Made by a program: the position numbers and the translations under genes. Shown here piece after piece: positions 18,105-27,251 of a stretch of DNA of 49,266 nucleotides. The stretch spans positions 1 to 49,266 of IMG/VR virus record IMGVR_UViG_2710723508_000002, one strand, 5' to 3'. The stretch's first letter is position 1; each line of letters opens with the position of its first letter. Source of the DNA: a virus. Under the pieces are notes generated by a model, which had not been told where the DNA came from, searched no databases, and saw only the letters and a program-made list of their open reading frames with translations.

Positions 18105-18896
18105 TTAAAGTTCGTAAGTTCCTCCCTCAGATTGCTTCTGCACACTCTTGATAATACCGTCTACGCCATGCGGGTCACTCTTTGAGGTACCAGCTGGCTT
18201 ACCTTGCCCTGGAATCACTGTTTCTTCCTTCTTTGGCTTGAACTCAGTGACTGTCTTAGACACTAAATCAATAGCTCTCTGGACGTCCTCAGCGGTCATT
18301 TCCTTAGTGTTGAACTTTTGACCATTGAAAGCGTCGATAATCTTGTTCGCGACTTCTACGTCATTCCCCGCGGCTGCAAGTGCCTTCTCCTTGACTGAAC
18401 CAGCCACATCGAACTCAGGCGCAGCTGTCTTGGCATTGAGCGCTTGGTGCATTTGGTTCATTGTGGTTTTGAGAGCTGCCATTTCATCCAGCGCCTTGAT
18501 TTCAGCGTCAGTCATCTCCTCCTTCTCATCAGCGGTCAAATCCTTACTGGTCTTGATTTCTTTAAACAAAACGTCACCTTCTTGCTTCTCTCCACCCTTT
18601 TGCTCTCCGCCATTCTCTTTCTCGTAACGCTTGATTTTGTCAGCCATTGCGCGAATATCCTCGTCCTTCTTGAGGTTCTTATCATTAAGCTGCTTTACTT
18701 GCTCAGTCAAAGTACCTACCTGTTGCGCGAGAGCAACTGGATCCGCTTCTTTCTTTGGCTCCTCTTTCTTTTCATCCTTCACATCCACCACCTCAACATC
18801 AGTTACCTTCACTTCAACGCCAAAAGCATCAACCTGTGGTTGTGCTGGCACATCGTCCTTCTTTGCCTCCTCCTGTGAGTTTTTATCTGGTTCCAT
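18105..18896 (-). CDS. Scaffolding protein (putative).
   Basis: 263 aa, very E/K-rich and predicted helical. It lies between the portal and capsid genes. Confidence 0.55.
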   Translation of the reverse strand: MEPDKNSQEEAKKDDVPAQPQVDAFGVEVKVTDVEVVDVKDEKKEEPKKEADPVALAQQVGTLTEQVKQLNDKNLKKDEDIRAMADKIKRYEKENGGEQKGGEKQEGDVLFKEIKTSKDLTADEKEEMTDAEIKALDEMAALKTTMNQMHQALNAKTAAPEFDVAGSVKEKALAAAGNDVEVANKIIDAFNGQKFNTKEMTAEDVQRAIDLVSKTVTEFKPKKEETVIPGQGKPAGTSKSDPHGVDGIIKSVQKQSEGGTYEL

Positions 18897-18897
18897 A

Positions 18898-18916
18898 TTG
18901 TGAATTTATTTATTAA
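18898..18916 (-). promoter_or_regulatory. Conserved 19-nt upstream motif, copy 1.
   Basis: Identical to 40691-40709. It abuts the scaffold gene ATG. Confidence 0.5.
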
Positions 18917-19329
18917 GTCCCTTCGGTAGGGGCAACTTCCTCTTTCTGTACTACCTCTGGACGCGTCTTTTGACTGCGTCGGACGTTCTCTTGGTGTAGG
19001 TTGCTAAAGTCTTTGAGTAGCCCTATAAGCTCTAAGATGGCTTGTCTCGTGACCATTACCTCTTGTGGGATATCACTAAGCGCTGCTTGAATGATGAGTG
19101 GCTTAATACGTGCCGCTATGACGGCTGTAATGCCCTCCTTGTCGTTTTCCCATGCCTTAGCTACCTTCGCTAGTACTTCTTGGTTTAAAGTTATCTCAGC
19201 CACTCCTACGCTGCCTTCTTGGCCATTCATTACTTGCGCTGTAAGGATGTCAAAGTCTACAAGCTCTCGGGACATTAGATGCTCTTCAAGGGACATCTTT
19301 CCACGCTCTACTGGGTTGTCGATTTTCAT
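18913..19329 (-). CDS. Hypothetical protein downstream of portal.
   Basis: 138-aa ORF. Confidence 0.6.
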   Translation of the reverse strand: MKIDNPVERGKMSLEEHLMSRELVDFDILTAQVMNGQEGSVGVAEITLNQEVLAKVAKAWENDKEGITAVIAARIKPLIIQAALSDIPQEVMVTRQAILELIGLLKDFSNLHQENVRRSQKTRPEVVQKEEVAPTEGT

Positions 19330-19334
19330 AGCTA

Positions 19335-21311
19335 TTATTTACCAGGGTTATTTTTAACTGCTTCACGCGTAGCTCCTGGTCTGCCTTGCGGTTTCATCTC
19401 CCCGGTCTGTTGTGGGTCTGGTTTAGGCATCAATTCAGCTGGAATAAAGAGGTTTGCAGGACGTCCGGTGATGTCCAAGTACTCTTTCTTAAGTACGTCT
19501 TTATCCACTTGGTCTGCCCATACAGCCAGCAAGAAGTCTGCTTCTTCTTTGAGTTCAATAATCTGCAGGTATGAATCCTTGCGGCGCTCTGGGACGAGCT
19601 CAACATCAAACGAATATTTACGCTGACGGATGAGCTTAGGGTTTACCATGTGGAATTCAATATCCTTGCCATTCTTCTTGGCTTTGAAAGACTTTTCAAA
19701 TAGTTCATCCTTCTTGGCTGCTTCAACCTCGCCGGCCATTGCCTCAGTACCTACCTGGTCATCAAAGACAACTTGGTGTTCTGTGCCGCCTAGTGACACA
19801 GTGAAGTTCTGGTATACCGGGATAGTATTACCATCTACGATAGTCTCGCCCACCTGAGTGGTGTACTTAGTCTCAACAGTCTCACCACGACGCTCTGCCA
19901 TGTCAATCATGCCGCCAATGATACCGTCGAGTAGGTAACCTAGTTTCTCAATCTGGTTCGATTGCGCAGCGTTCACAGCTGTAGCTGTATCGCCAGACAC
20001 CTCGCCGCCAGTAGTTGAGTTCAGTGTCTGACCCTCAAGAATCTCTTTAAGCAAGCCAACAAAGCCGAACTCACTCTGGGTAAGTCCCCTGTTCTCAGGG
20101 TCTGCCTTCTCGTAGTCGTCCTTTGACACACCATGTGTACGTTGTCCTGCCTTGAACAAATCCTTTGTGAGAGTGTACTTACCCTTCACCAAGAGGGCTG
20201 GGTCAATACCTTGCTCGAATCGTTCAGCTAGCTTAGTGAGTGACCAGTCGAGGAAATCAGCGTTGAACTTGGTCTTCATCGGCACTGAACGTGGGTAGAT
20301 AGAACCAAACATTTTCTCAGCTGCTACCAAAGAGAGTGGGAAATTGTTACGTGGGTAGAAGTATTTAAATGCTGTGTTACGCGGCAGCATCATTGTACCG
20401 TTCAAGTATAGGTTGAACCGGTTTTTTTCTTTATCAAAGACAATATGACGCATCACGTGTTTGCTTGGGTCAGCTAATCTATCAGCACTAAAGAGGGTGA
20501 ATTTCTCTCCAACCCCGGCTCCAGCTGTAATCATTTCAGTTCGATCAGTCGGCACACCATCCCATCGAGACATTGAACCATACATGGCCTCAGCATCAGC
20601 ACGACTAATCACGTCTTCAATCGTGATACGTGGCTGGTCTTGCACTTCGTTTATCTCCGGGTTGCCGTAGATAATACAGCGTCCATCCATGAGTCGAGAC
20701 ACTGCGCGGCGCTCTTGTACCATTTCTCCATCTTGCCAAGTGAGGTTATCAAAGAACTCCATTGTGTAGTCCACACCATCAAGGTCTACTTTATTACCCT
20801 CTTTGTCATAGGCCACACGCTCGATAACGTTGCGTACTTCCCATTCTTCGAACACTGGAGCAGCCCCTTGAGTAAACACTTCCCAGTAGATGAGTCCTAT
20901 CTTGCGAATGAACTTCTCCAAGCGGTATGAGTGCTCAATTGAGAGGTTGTAGATGTCACCCATGCCTTCAACTACATTGCCACTTTGGTCGTAACACTTG
21001 ACGCGACGTTTGTAGATATTCTTCAAAAAGAACGAACAAAACCCGACAATCTTCTCATGAACTAGTCCATAAGAGATATCTCGGGCTCCTCCGTCTTGGC
21101 GTGGTGGGGCGTAGTTAATGGCCTTGAGTACGTTGTATGCGTAAGCATCACTGTACGTCATGCCGTTGAACACCACTGTGTGTCCTTCGCGCTTCTCCAG
21201 GTCTTGGTTTATCTGCATCACAACTTCTTTGGCGTGTTTAGACTCCTCTTCGTCACCCTTGTACGGGTCAATAGGTACCTTCTTTGCCTCCTCTGGTGTA
21301 GTAGTTGACAT
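19335..21311 (-). CDS. Portal protein (putative).
   Basis: 658-aa ORF immediately downstream of the large terminase. The call rests on position and size. Confidence 0.7.
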   Translation of the reverse strand: MSTTTPEEAKKVPIDPYKGDEEESKHAKEVVMQINQDLEKREGHTVVFNGMTYSDAYAYNVLKAINYAPPRQDGGARDISYGLVHEKIVGFCSFFLKNIYKRRVKCYDQSGNVVEGMGDIYNLSIEHSYRLEKFIRKIGLIYWEVFTQGAAPVFEEWEVRNVIERVAYDKEGNKVDLDGVDYTMEFFDNLTWQDGEMVQERRAVSRLMDGRCIIYGNPEINEVQDQPRITIEDVISRADAEAMYGSMSRWDGVPTDRTEMITAGAGVGEKFTLFSADRLADPSKHVMRHIVFDKEKNRFNLYLNGTMMLPRNTAFKYFYPRNNFPLSLVAAEKMFGSIYPRSVPMKTKFNADFLDWSLTKLAERFEQGIDPALLVKGKYTLTKDLFKAGQRTHGVSKDDYEKADPENRGLTQSEFGFVGLLKEILEGQTLNSTTGGEVSGDTATAVNAAQSNQIEKLGYLLDGIIGGMIDMAERRGETVETKYTTQVGETIVDGNTIPVYQNFTVSLGGTEHQVVFDDQVGTEAMAGEVEAAKKDELFEKSFKAKKNGKDIEFHMVNPKLIRQRKYSFDVELVPERRKDSYLQIIELKEEADFLLAVWADQVDKDVLKKEYLDITGRPANLFIPAELMPKPDPQQTGEMKPQGRPGATREAVKNNPGK

Positions 21312-21321
21312 ATATAAATTA

Positions 21322-23019
21322 TTACATGCTTGACGTCTTCATGTTTGCGTTGGCTGTGGATTGTGCTCTTTGTAAAAACTCTTTGATTTCAGCAGTCTGC
21401 AACTCCTCTTTGGTCAAGTGTACTGGTCTACTAGGCTCGTCTTTGAAAAACGAGTGAATGGCGGAGTCAAAGCGGTCGGGACTGAACCCAAACTCTTTCT
21501 TAAACATCGGCTTGGGCATCAGTTGCATCGTACCTTGCTTGGTACGCTTGTACTTGATTTTCTCAAGCTCTTTCAACCAAGCGGCCGCATTGTTGGTCAC
21601 GATTATACCACCTGCAATGAGCCATGCACGGAATTTCCACGCCAACTCCATCTTGTATGAGTCAAACTCGTCCTCGGTACCTTCCCGCGGCTTGTCAGTG
21701 AGAATGCCAGTCACATGTTCACCCAACTTAACAGAAACCTCGCCTACTACCTTGGCTCCAATACCAAAGGCTTCAATACCAATATCATTACTGGTGCAAT
21801 TGTACGCGTCTCGTATCACTTCTAGCTTACGCGCTAGGTCTTTAGGCTCACTGGTTTGCTCGTTGAGTACCTCTTTCATGTACACACTGTCGCGGATTGT
21901 GGCGATTGAACGGTCTTTACCACCACCAGCAGGGTCAAGAGAGATGATGCCCCGGTTAATTATCTGGCCTTTCTCTGGCTCCATGTTGATACGCACGTTG
22001 GCAAACAGTGGAATCCAGCCTTTATCGTCCATGATGGCCGTACCAGCAAACTCGCCATCTACACGAATCAACACCTTGTCACTTGGCTGCCCTCCAATAC
22101 CCGGATAGTCAGCCTCCATACCCTCAATAAACCCTTCCTTTACAATCGGTGACTCGCGAGATGAGAAGTGTAGCTTAGTGTACCGACTACCAGGCTTATG
22201 GCTCTCGAAGAACTCCCCTTCATTACGCGTTGGGTTTGAACAGTAGATAACGATGTAATACTCACCCGTGAGTGCTCCCTTCATAACCTCAAACACTTTG
22301 TCATGAACTCCTGATGCCTCATCCACAATGATTAGGACGTACTTACCGTGCAAACCAGCCAACGCTTCTGGTTTCTCAGCCCGTGCCACTTGAGCACGCA
22401 AGAACCAGTCCTCACTGTCATCAATGCGAATGTGGTCGTTAGTCTGATTGATTGAGTTCTGGATGTCCTGGGGTAGCTTGCGCTTCCAGATACTAAACTC
22501 CTTCAAGAAAATGTCCTGTACTTGTTGCTCAGTGTTGGCTGTCATACCGATTTGGGCACCGGGTAGACACACAAGGAAATGCAGCGCAATTACTGCCTCA
22601 GTACCGGTCTTGCCAGTACCGTGACCAGAGCGAACTGTTATCCAGCGCCTAGCCAAGTCGTATGCGTCTAGTCCGAACGTCCAAAGCCCTCGGTTGTATG
22701 CCGTGAGGGTGATGGTCTGTTGCCACGTGAAACGTGTGCCATTGTATTGCCTAAACTCAGCTCGTGACTGATGCTTGAACATGTCCACCGTGTAGAACGC
22801 TAGATCATGATACGTAAGCCGCCCTGCTTCATCGAACAAAAGTACTTGGCGCTTCACTCCATACGCGTCTGTGTATTGAATTGGTTTATTACGTAGCTCA
22901 TCAATCGGCTCGCTTGGTAACATCTTGAGTGTGTCAGCAGCGAATACGAACACATCATTCGCCCATTCGCGCAATACTTCTGCATCTTCAAACCACTGTT
23001 CATTAATTTTTGGTTGCAT
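21322..23019 (-). CDS. terL: Terminase large subunit.
   Basis: Walker A RSGHGTGKTGTEAV and Walker B YVLIIVDEASGV, followed by a C-terminal nuclease-sized domain. 565 aa. Confidence 0.9.
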   Translation of the reverse strand: MQPKINEQWFEDAEVLREWANDVFVFAADTLKMLPSEPIDELRNKPIQYTDAYGVKRQVLLFDEAGRLTYHDLAFYTVDMFKHQSRAEFRQYNGTRFTWQQTITLTAYNRGLWTFGLDAYDLARRWITVRSGHGTGKTGTEAVIALHFLVCLPGAQIGMTANTEQQVQDIFLKEFSIWKRKLPQDIQNSINQTNDHIRIDDSEDWFLRAQVARAEKPEALAGLHGKYVLIIVDEASGVHDKVFEVMKGALTGEYYIVIYCSNPTRNEGEFFESHKPGSRYTKLHFSSRESPIVKEGFIEGMEADYPGIGGQPSDKVLIRVDGEFAGTAIMDDKGWIPLFANVRINMEPEKGQIINRGIISLDPAGGGKDRSIATIRDSVYMKEVLNEQTSEPKDLARKLEVIRDAYNCTSNDIGIEAFGIGAKVVGEVSVKLGEHVTGILTDKPREGTEDEFDSYKMELAWKFRAWLIAGGIIVTNNAAAWLKELEKIKYKRTKQGTMQLMPKPMFKKEFGFSPDRFDSAIHSFFKDEPSRPVHLTKEELQTAEIKEFLQRAQSTANANMKTSSM

Positions 23020-23188
23020 ATTGTAGAGGTCTACTAGCTTCCAAGGCAGAAATCTCTTCTTCTACACGCAGTATACGCTGTTTTAAGACCGCGCAATGTG
23101 AGAGCTTGGGGTTAATACCAGCCAAATCACGCCGCAGAGCGCGTATTTGCCGTTGTTTACTTTCTATTTGGTCGCCGATTGTTTGCAT
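23003..23188 (-). CDS. Small coiled-coil protein.
   Basis: 61 aa with ATG start. It overlaps the terL start by 17 nt. Confidence 0.5.
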   Translation of the reverse strand: MQTIGDQIESKQRQIRALRRDLAGINPKLSHCAVLKQRILRVEEEISALEASRPLQYATKN

Positions 23189-23342
23189 AAAAATATCCTG
23201 ATGCGCTTGTTAAATGCCAGAAGTTACATAGTTCACATTGATAAAGCCTCAATTTATTCTTGTTCCCCTTCTGCAGATAATTAAGCCTGGTCTGCCCGTC
23301 TTTCTTGTGAAAGCACACCTTGCCACTGATAGGACAAAGCAT
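23157..23342 (-). CDS. Small zinc-ribbon protein.
   Basis: Cysteine pairs CPISGKVC ... CELCNFWH. Confidence 0.5.
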   Translation of the reverse strand: MLCPISGKVCFHKKDGQTRLNYLQKGNKNKLRLYQCELCNFWHLTSASGYFYANNRRPNRK

Positions 23343-23344
23343 AG

Positions 23345-24031
23345 CTACTCAATTACTTTCACATCACTGGCTGGAATTTCCCGGGGCTTAATAATCTCGT
23401 ACCCATTTCTCTCCATATTCTGGCGTAGTCCGGAGAGACTGAACGTGTGATTGACCTGACCTTTCAAGTCCACCTTCTTTGGTGCGTCTAGACCAAGCAT
23501 GTCCTTGAACATCTCAGCTGCTTTGAGCTGTGCTTTGGCATCATCATGCCAGTAGTACACGTGTCTAGCAGTCTCACTGTGCGTAATTCTGAACACTACG
23601 CCATTGTTCCCCTCGATAAAAAGCCTCAAGTCTTCGTCGGTCATTTGTGACTTACGAATCTTAAGGCTGCGGTCTACTAGGTCTATCTCACTCTGTTTTT
23701 GCCATTCTAGAGCTTTTTCAGGGTCATAGGTAGGGAATACCATGTGGACGGGTTTACGAGCCTTAGTGTGGCGCTCAATCACTTTGAGGACACTTTGAGG
23801 CGTGACTCCGATACTAGCCATGAGTTCCTGTACGCCTTCTGAACCAAAGATACGCTTGGGATTGTCAGCCATTTTCTGACTATATCCAGCATCAAGAGCG
23901 GCCTTGCGTTTGTTTCCCCCGTTTTCCCCCAGCAGCATAACAGCCAATTTCTGACGCTCACTTGGCGTTCTGGCTGGTATTTTCTTATGTTCTTTGCGCT
24001 TCTCAGGAATTAAAAAGTTCTTTGACTCCAT
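23345..24031 (-). CDS. terS: Terminase small subunit (putative).
   Basis: An HTH-like segment NKRKAALDAGYSQKMADNPKRIF, typical of Terminase_2-type TerS proteins. The gene lies upstream of terL. Confidence 0.7.
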   Translation of the reverse strand: MESKNFLIPEKRKEHKKIPARTPSERQKLAVMLLGENGGNKRKAALDAGYSQKMADNPKRIFGSEGVQELMASIGVTPQSVLKVIERHTKARKPVHMVFPTYDPEKALEWQKQSEIDLVDRSLKIRKSQMTDEDLRLFIEGNNGVVFRITHSETARHVYYWHDDAKAQLKAAEMFKDMLGLDAPKKVDLKGQVNHTFSLSGLRQNMERNGYEIIKPREIPASDVKVIE

Positions 24032-24038
24032 TATTTAA

Positions 24039-24407
24039 TTATTCTAACGTCTTCTCGTATTCTTCAAAGTCTCTGTAGGCTTTCTCGAAGTTGATTCCCT
24101 TTCCTTCTGGGTGTGAGTTTTTATTCAAAATGTAGTTCACGAGGGTGTAGTGTTTCAATTTTTCCTCTCGTAAAGCTTCTTCTACTGCGATTTGGATTCG
24201 CTCTTTTTCAAATTGAAAATTAATTTGTACTGATTTCGGGTAGAAGGATGTATTAGGGTACGGGTTTTCTATTCTAACGCTAGTTACAGGTTCTTGAAGC
24301 ATATCCACTAGGTTACTTGTGACTGATTCAAGCTCGAACCAGTTTCCGTCGATATGTTGAACCACGATTTTGCCGTTGTGATGATATATTCTTTGGACTT
24401 TTATCAT
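24039..24407 (-). CDS. Hypothetical protein.
   Basis: 122-aa ORF. Confidence 0.6.
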   Translation of the reverse strand: MIKVQRIYHHNGKIVVQHIDGNWFELESVTSNLVDMLQEPVTSVRIENPYPNTSFYPKSVQINFQFEKERIQIAVEEALREEKLKHYTLVNYILNKNSHPEGKGINFEKAYRDFEEYEKTLE

Positions 24408-24416
24408 AGTTATTAT

Positions 24417-24656
24417 TTATTCGTTTTCTGCTATCGCGCCACATCGTCTACACTCGTAGTAAACCCAAGGCTTTGTTGCACATCCTGTCATGATTTCTGC
24501 CTCACCAAACTTAGTCCATGCGTCTGGGTTGCTTTGCCACCCCTTCCGCATCTTCCAGCTATGCCCATGAACGTAGCAGTACCCAAATATCCGTTTAAGT
24601 AGCTTCTTTTTGAGCTTCCTGAGTACCTTCTTGAAATTTATGTGTGGGTATTTCAT
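24417..24656 (-). CDS. Small Cys/His-rich protein.
   Basis: ATG at 24656 is preceded by AAGGA. Cys/His motifs CYVHGH ... CRRCG. It overlaps the 24595-24801 ORF out of frame. Confidence 0.5.
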   Translation of the reverse strand: MKYPHINFKKVLRKLKKKLLKRIFGYCYVHGHSWKMRKGWQSNPDAWTKFGEAEIMTGCATKPWVYYECRRCGAIAENE

Positions 24657-24801
24657 GGGTTTTGTCCTTAATCTTTTGTACACGTCTCATTTTTTGCATG
24701 CGGCGTTTGCAATCGAAGCAAGTGGCGGTTCTGGTCTGTGCTGATCGAACTACAATGTTGGGACAGTAGGTGCAAACCATCTTTACTTCGTTTGGCTTCA
24801 T
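24595..24801 (-). CDS. Small C4 zinc-ribbon protein.
   Basis: Cysteine pairs CTYCPN ... CFDCKRR. Confidence 0.55.
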   Translation of the reverse strand: MKPNEVKMVCTYCPNIVVRSAQTRTATCFDCKRRMQKMRRVQKIKDKTHEIPTHKFQEGTQEAQKEAT

Positions 24802-24962
24802 ACCCTGTCCGCGAACGGCGAGTCTTCGAAGTCTTCCGTTACTGGGTGTCTGTCTAGGTTATTAAGCTCTGCTTGGCGTTGCTCCTCGGTCATGTTCACT
24901 CGGTCGTCTCGATAGACCATTGCTATAAACGGCTTTGGTTGTTCTTCGTCGAAGAAAGACAT
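24798..24962 (-). CDS. 54-aa acidic protein missed by the ORF track.
   Basis: MSFFDEEQPKPF...PFADRV. The ATG lies 3 nt after the upstream TAG. Its stop overlaps the next start as ATGA. Confidence 0.55.
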   Translation of the reverse strand: MSFFDEEQPKPFIAMVYRDDRVNMTEEQRQAELNNLDRHPVTEDFEDSPFADRV

Positions 24963-24965
24963 AGT

Positions 24966-25424
24966 CTATTCGTTACCTTTGCAAATTACGTTATTGTAGC
25001 GTCCGTCACCTGATTCATGCCATTGCGTCGACATCTTTCGTGCATGGCATTCATCCACCCTTTCAATAAACTCATCAAATTCAAGTGGTTCCGGCTCTGT
25101 AATCCAGCCATGTAGTCCGCTTACTGCAGCAATCATCATAAAACCTAATATTCCAGCCGCCAAGAACATGCCTGCTATAGCCCAAACTAATTCTACAGAT
25201 GATTCTTTTGGCTCTTCGGGCAAGTCTTCAAGCATGAATTGAATCATTGCTTCGGCTTGTTCTGCGTTAAATAGGTTGGTTCCTTCCGGCTCGTGTCTAC
25301 CACCTTGCTTTGTCCCATTATCGTATGAGCTGGTGAATACTATGCCGCCATCTGGGTGAAAGTCCTCTGGCAGTCTCCAGCCAAGAAAACGATTCACCAT
25401 GTGTTTTATTTGTTCTTTTTCCAT
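24966..25424 (-). CDS. Membrane protein of unknown function.
   Basis: 152 aa with a central hydrophobic helix, LVWAIAGMFLAAGILGFMMIAAV. Confidence 0.6.
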   Translation of the reverse strand: MEKEQIKHMVNRFLGWRLPEDFHPDGGIVFTSSYDNGTKQGGRHEPEGTNLFNAEQAEAMIQFMLEDLPEEPKESSVELVWAIAGMFLAAGILGFMMIAAVSGLHGWITEPEPLEFDEFIERVDECHARKMSTQWHESGDGRYNNVICKGNE

Positions 25425-25427
25425 AAA

Positions 25428-25727
25428 TTATGCTATGCCGGTGCTATGTACACCACGATTAAGCCGATAATTACTCTTTTCTGTCTGTCCTGGCTCAAGT
25501 ACCAGCATACTGATGCGCTCGCCGGTCTTCATGCCGTAGTGTCTCAGAATCGTTCTGAGAGACTTGGCCGTGTTGCCTTCACGGCCAATAATGGCTCCCA
25601 TATCCTCTTGGTGGACTGAAACAGACAAAAGCACGCCCATTTCGTCTAGGCTGCGTGTGACTTTCACATCATCTTGGTGTTTCACCAGTCCTTTAATTAT
25701 TGATTTCAAAAATTCAGTTGCTTCCAT
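25428..25727 (-). CDS. KH-domain RNA-binding protein (KhpA/YlqC-like, KH_4).
   Basis: LKSIIKGLVKHQDDVKV...LLSVSVHQEDMGAIIGREGNTAKSLRTIL contains the GxxG-type core IGREG and matches the family layout. Confidence 0.7.
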   Translation of the reverse strand: MEATEFLKSIIKGLVKHQDDVKVTRSLDEMGVLLSVSVHQEDMGAIIGREGNTAKSLRTILRHYGMKTGERISMLVLEPGQTEKSNYRLNRGVHSTGIA

Positions 25728-25728
25728 G

Positions 25729-26076
25729 TTATTCTGGCTTAATTTCCTTCATTCCCTCGACCATATTGGTCAAGACGTGAAGAACGTGGTTAATAGCGGC
25801 TTCAAATGTCTTGTCCCCACAGTTAAACTGCGCAACTTGAAATGACCCAGGTTGACCGGGTAAAAGTTCAGTGGCAGTTATAACAATAGCCGAATGAGCG
25901 TTGCTCTCTTCGGCTATTTTTCTTATGAGTTCAGTACTTACTGGCTTCAACTCCCCTTGCGGTTTGTATCCATCCAAATCCACCATTTGAATTGGTGAAA
26001 GTATTGGTTCACTGTTACTGTCTTGTCTATCCATACCCTTATATTTTAACATCGTTTGGGTAAAAGATGTTGACAA
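25729..26076 (-). CDS. Hypothetical protein with an uncertain start (TTG at 26076 or ATG at 26052).
   Basis: 115-aa ORF. Confidence 0.55.
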   Translation of the reverse strand: MSTSFTQTMLKYKGMDRQDSNSEPILSPIQMVDLDGYKPQGELKPVSTELIRKIAEESNAHSAIVITATELLPGQPGSFQVAQFNCGDKTFEAAINHVLHVLTNMVEGMKEIKPE

Positions 26077-26085
26077 GGGTGTGAA

Positions 26086-26670
26086 TTACTTGTTCCAGCA
26101 CGGCTTCGATGCTTCCCAAGGCTGGAGTCCGTTCGTGTCGTACATAATGCGTGCAAAAGCAATGTTTTGGCGCACATCTGTCATGTCTGTGAAGCCGAGA
26201 GAACGATACCACTTGCCGTTCCATTTTTTACTGATTTGAAATACTCCTTCATCATCACTTCCATTCGTCGGGTTAAAAGCATTTGGATCAAGCTTACCGT
26301 TAACGACTCCTTCACATTGCGCGACGCGTACCATGATGGGTGCGTCCCAGAACGTTGTATTGATTTCTTTAATGATTCTCTCTTGAGTCCAGTCTATTTT
26401 CACTTCGATTAGTACCTCCTTAGCCGGCTCTGCAGCCGGCGTAAGTATCAGAGGGTCTTCGTCTATAACGTCTATATTTTCAACACTATATGCGAACACT
26501 TCCCGGATATGTGGGTAGTAAAAGAAGTAAATTGCAGCGCCTAAAAATAATGACGCAATGGCAACGTTTGCCATTTTTGTCATTATTTTAAGCCTTAATT
26601 GCTTTCTTTTTGCTTTTGCCTTACGCGTTCTATCGTAATTGAGGTAAGGGGTTTCTGATGTAAAATTCAT
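26086..26670 (-). CDS. Membrane-anchored lytic transglycosylase / lysozyme-like protein.
   Basis: A basic N-terminus and a TM helix (VAIASLFLGAAIYFFYY) are followed by VAQCEGVV...DDEGVFQISKKW...IAFARIMY, which resembles an SLT/transglycosylase catalytic Glu plus the G.FQI motif. Confidence 0.6.
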   Translation of the reverse strand: MNFTSETPYLNYDRTRKAKAKRKQLRLKIMTKMANVAIASLFLGAAIYFFYYPHIREVFAYSVENIDVIDEDPLILTPAAEPAKEVLIEVKIDWTQERIIKEINTTFWDAPIMVRVAQCEGVVNGKLDPNAFNPTNGSDDEGVFQISKKWNGKWYRSLGFTDMTDVRQNIAFARIMYDTNGLQPWEASKPCWNK

Positions 26671-26881
26671 ATTGATTTGTTACCCACTTATACTACATCA
26701 TGGCTTTACACTTTTTTATAGGCTCTGGGGATAACGTTATGCACTTGCCAATAACTCAACCATGTGCCTTGGTGCTATCCTATGTATAGGAGCGGCCGCC
26801 TAAACGCTGAGGCTGTGAGAACCAGCCACCGCTCGCCAGTACCTTACAACAACCTTACAACCATTTTTATGGAGGGTTACA

Positions 26882-27073
26882 ATGAAACAAAGCTTTAAGC
26901 TTCACGAGGCTCAGCAAAAGAAAAGAGAGGACGACTTGGCTGCTTGGATTAAGCAACCTACCTGCTGCGTCTGTCAGCGGAACTGCGAGGGTTACTATGG
27001 CCGTCATGGTGACTCAGGCTCATGTAGCAAAAAATGCGAGGAGAGATACGATGCAAACGCAGGACGTGGTTGA
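26882..27073 (+). CDS. Small Cys-rich (zinc-binding?) protein, first gene of the plus-strand island.
   Basis: Strong SD GGAGGG 6 nt before the ATG. Cysteines fall in CCVCQRNC ... CSKKC. Confidence 0.65.
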   Translation: MKQSFKLHEAQQKKREDDLAAWIKQPTCCVCQRNCEGYYGRHGDSGSCSKKCEERYDANAGRG

Positions 27074-27242
27074 GGCCATGACACGAGCAAAAGTGGATGA
27101 ACAAACATTCTTCCGCCTGGCTCATATCTACTGCTTTGGCAGCGATGCCAATGTCTCTACCGATGTCGCGCAGTTCAAACTGCATGCCATCGTTCCACCT
27201 TTTGTACTTCGGTACGTCAGGGAAAGTAAACAACCTGTCTAG
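27051..27242 (+). CDS. Hypothetical 63-aa protein, second gene of the plus-strand island.
   Basis: ATG at 27051 is preceded by GAGGAGAG. It overlaps the previous gene by 23 nt. The track's longer ORF from 26997 has no comparable RBS. Confidence 0.55.
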   Translation: MQTQDVVEAMTRAKVDEQTFFRLAHIYCFGSDANVSTDVAQFKLHAIVPPFVLRYVRESKQPV

Positions 27243-27251
27243 GAGTACGTC

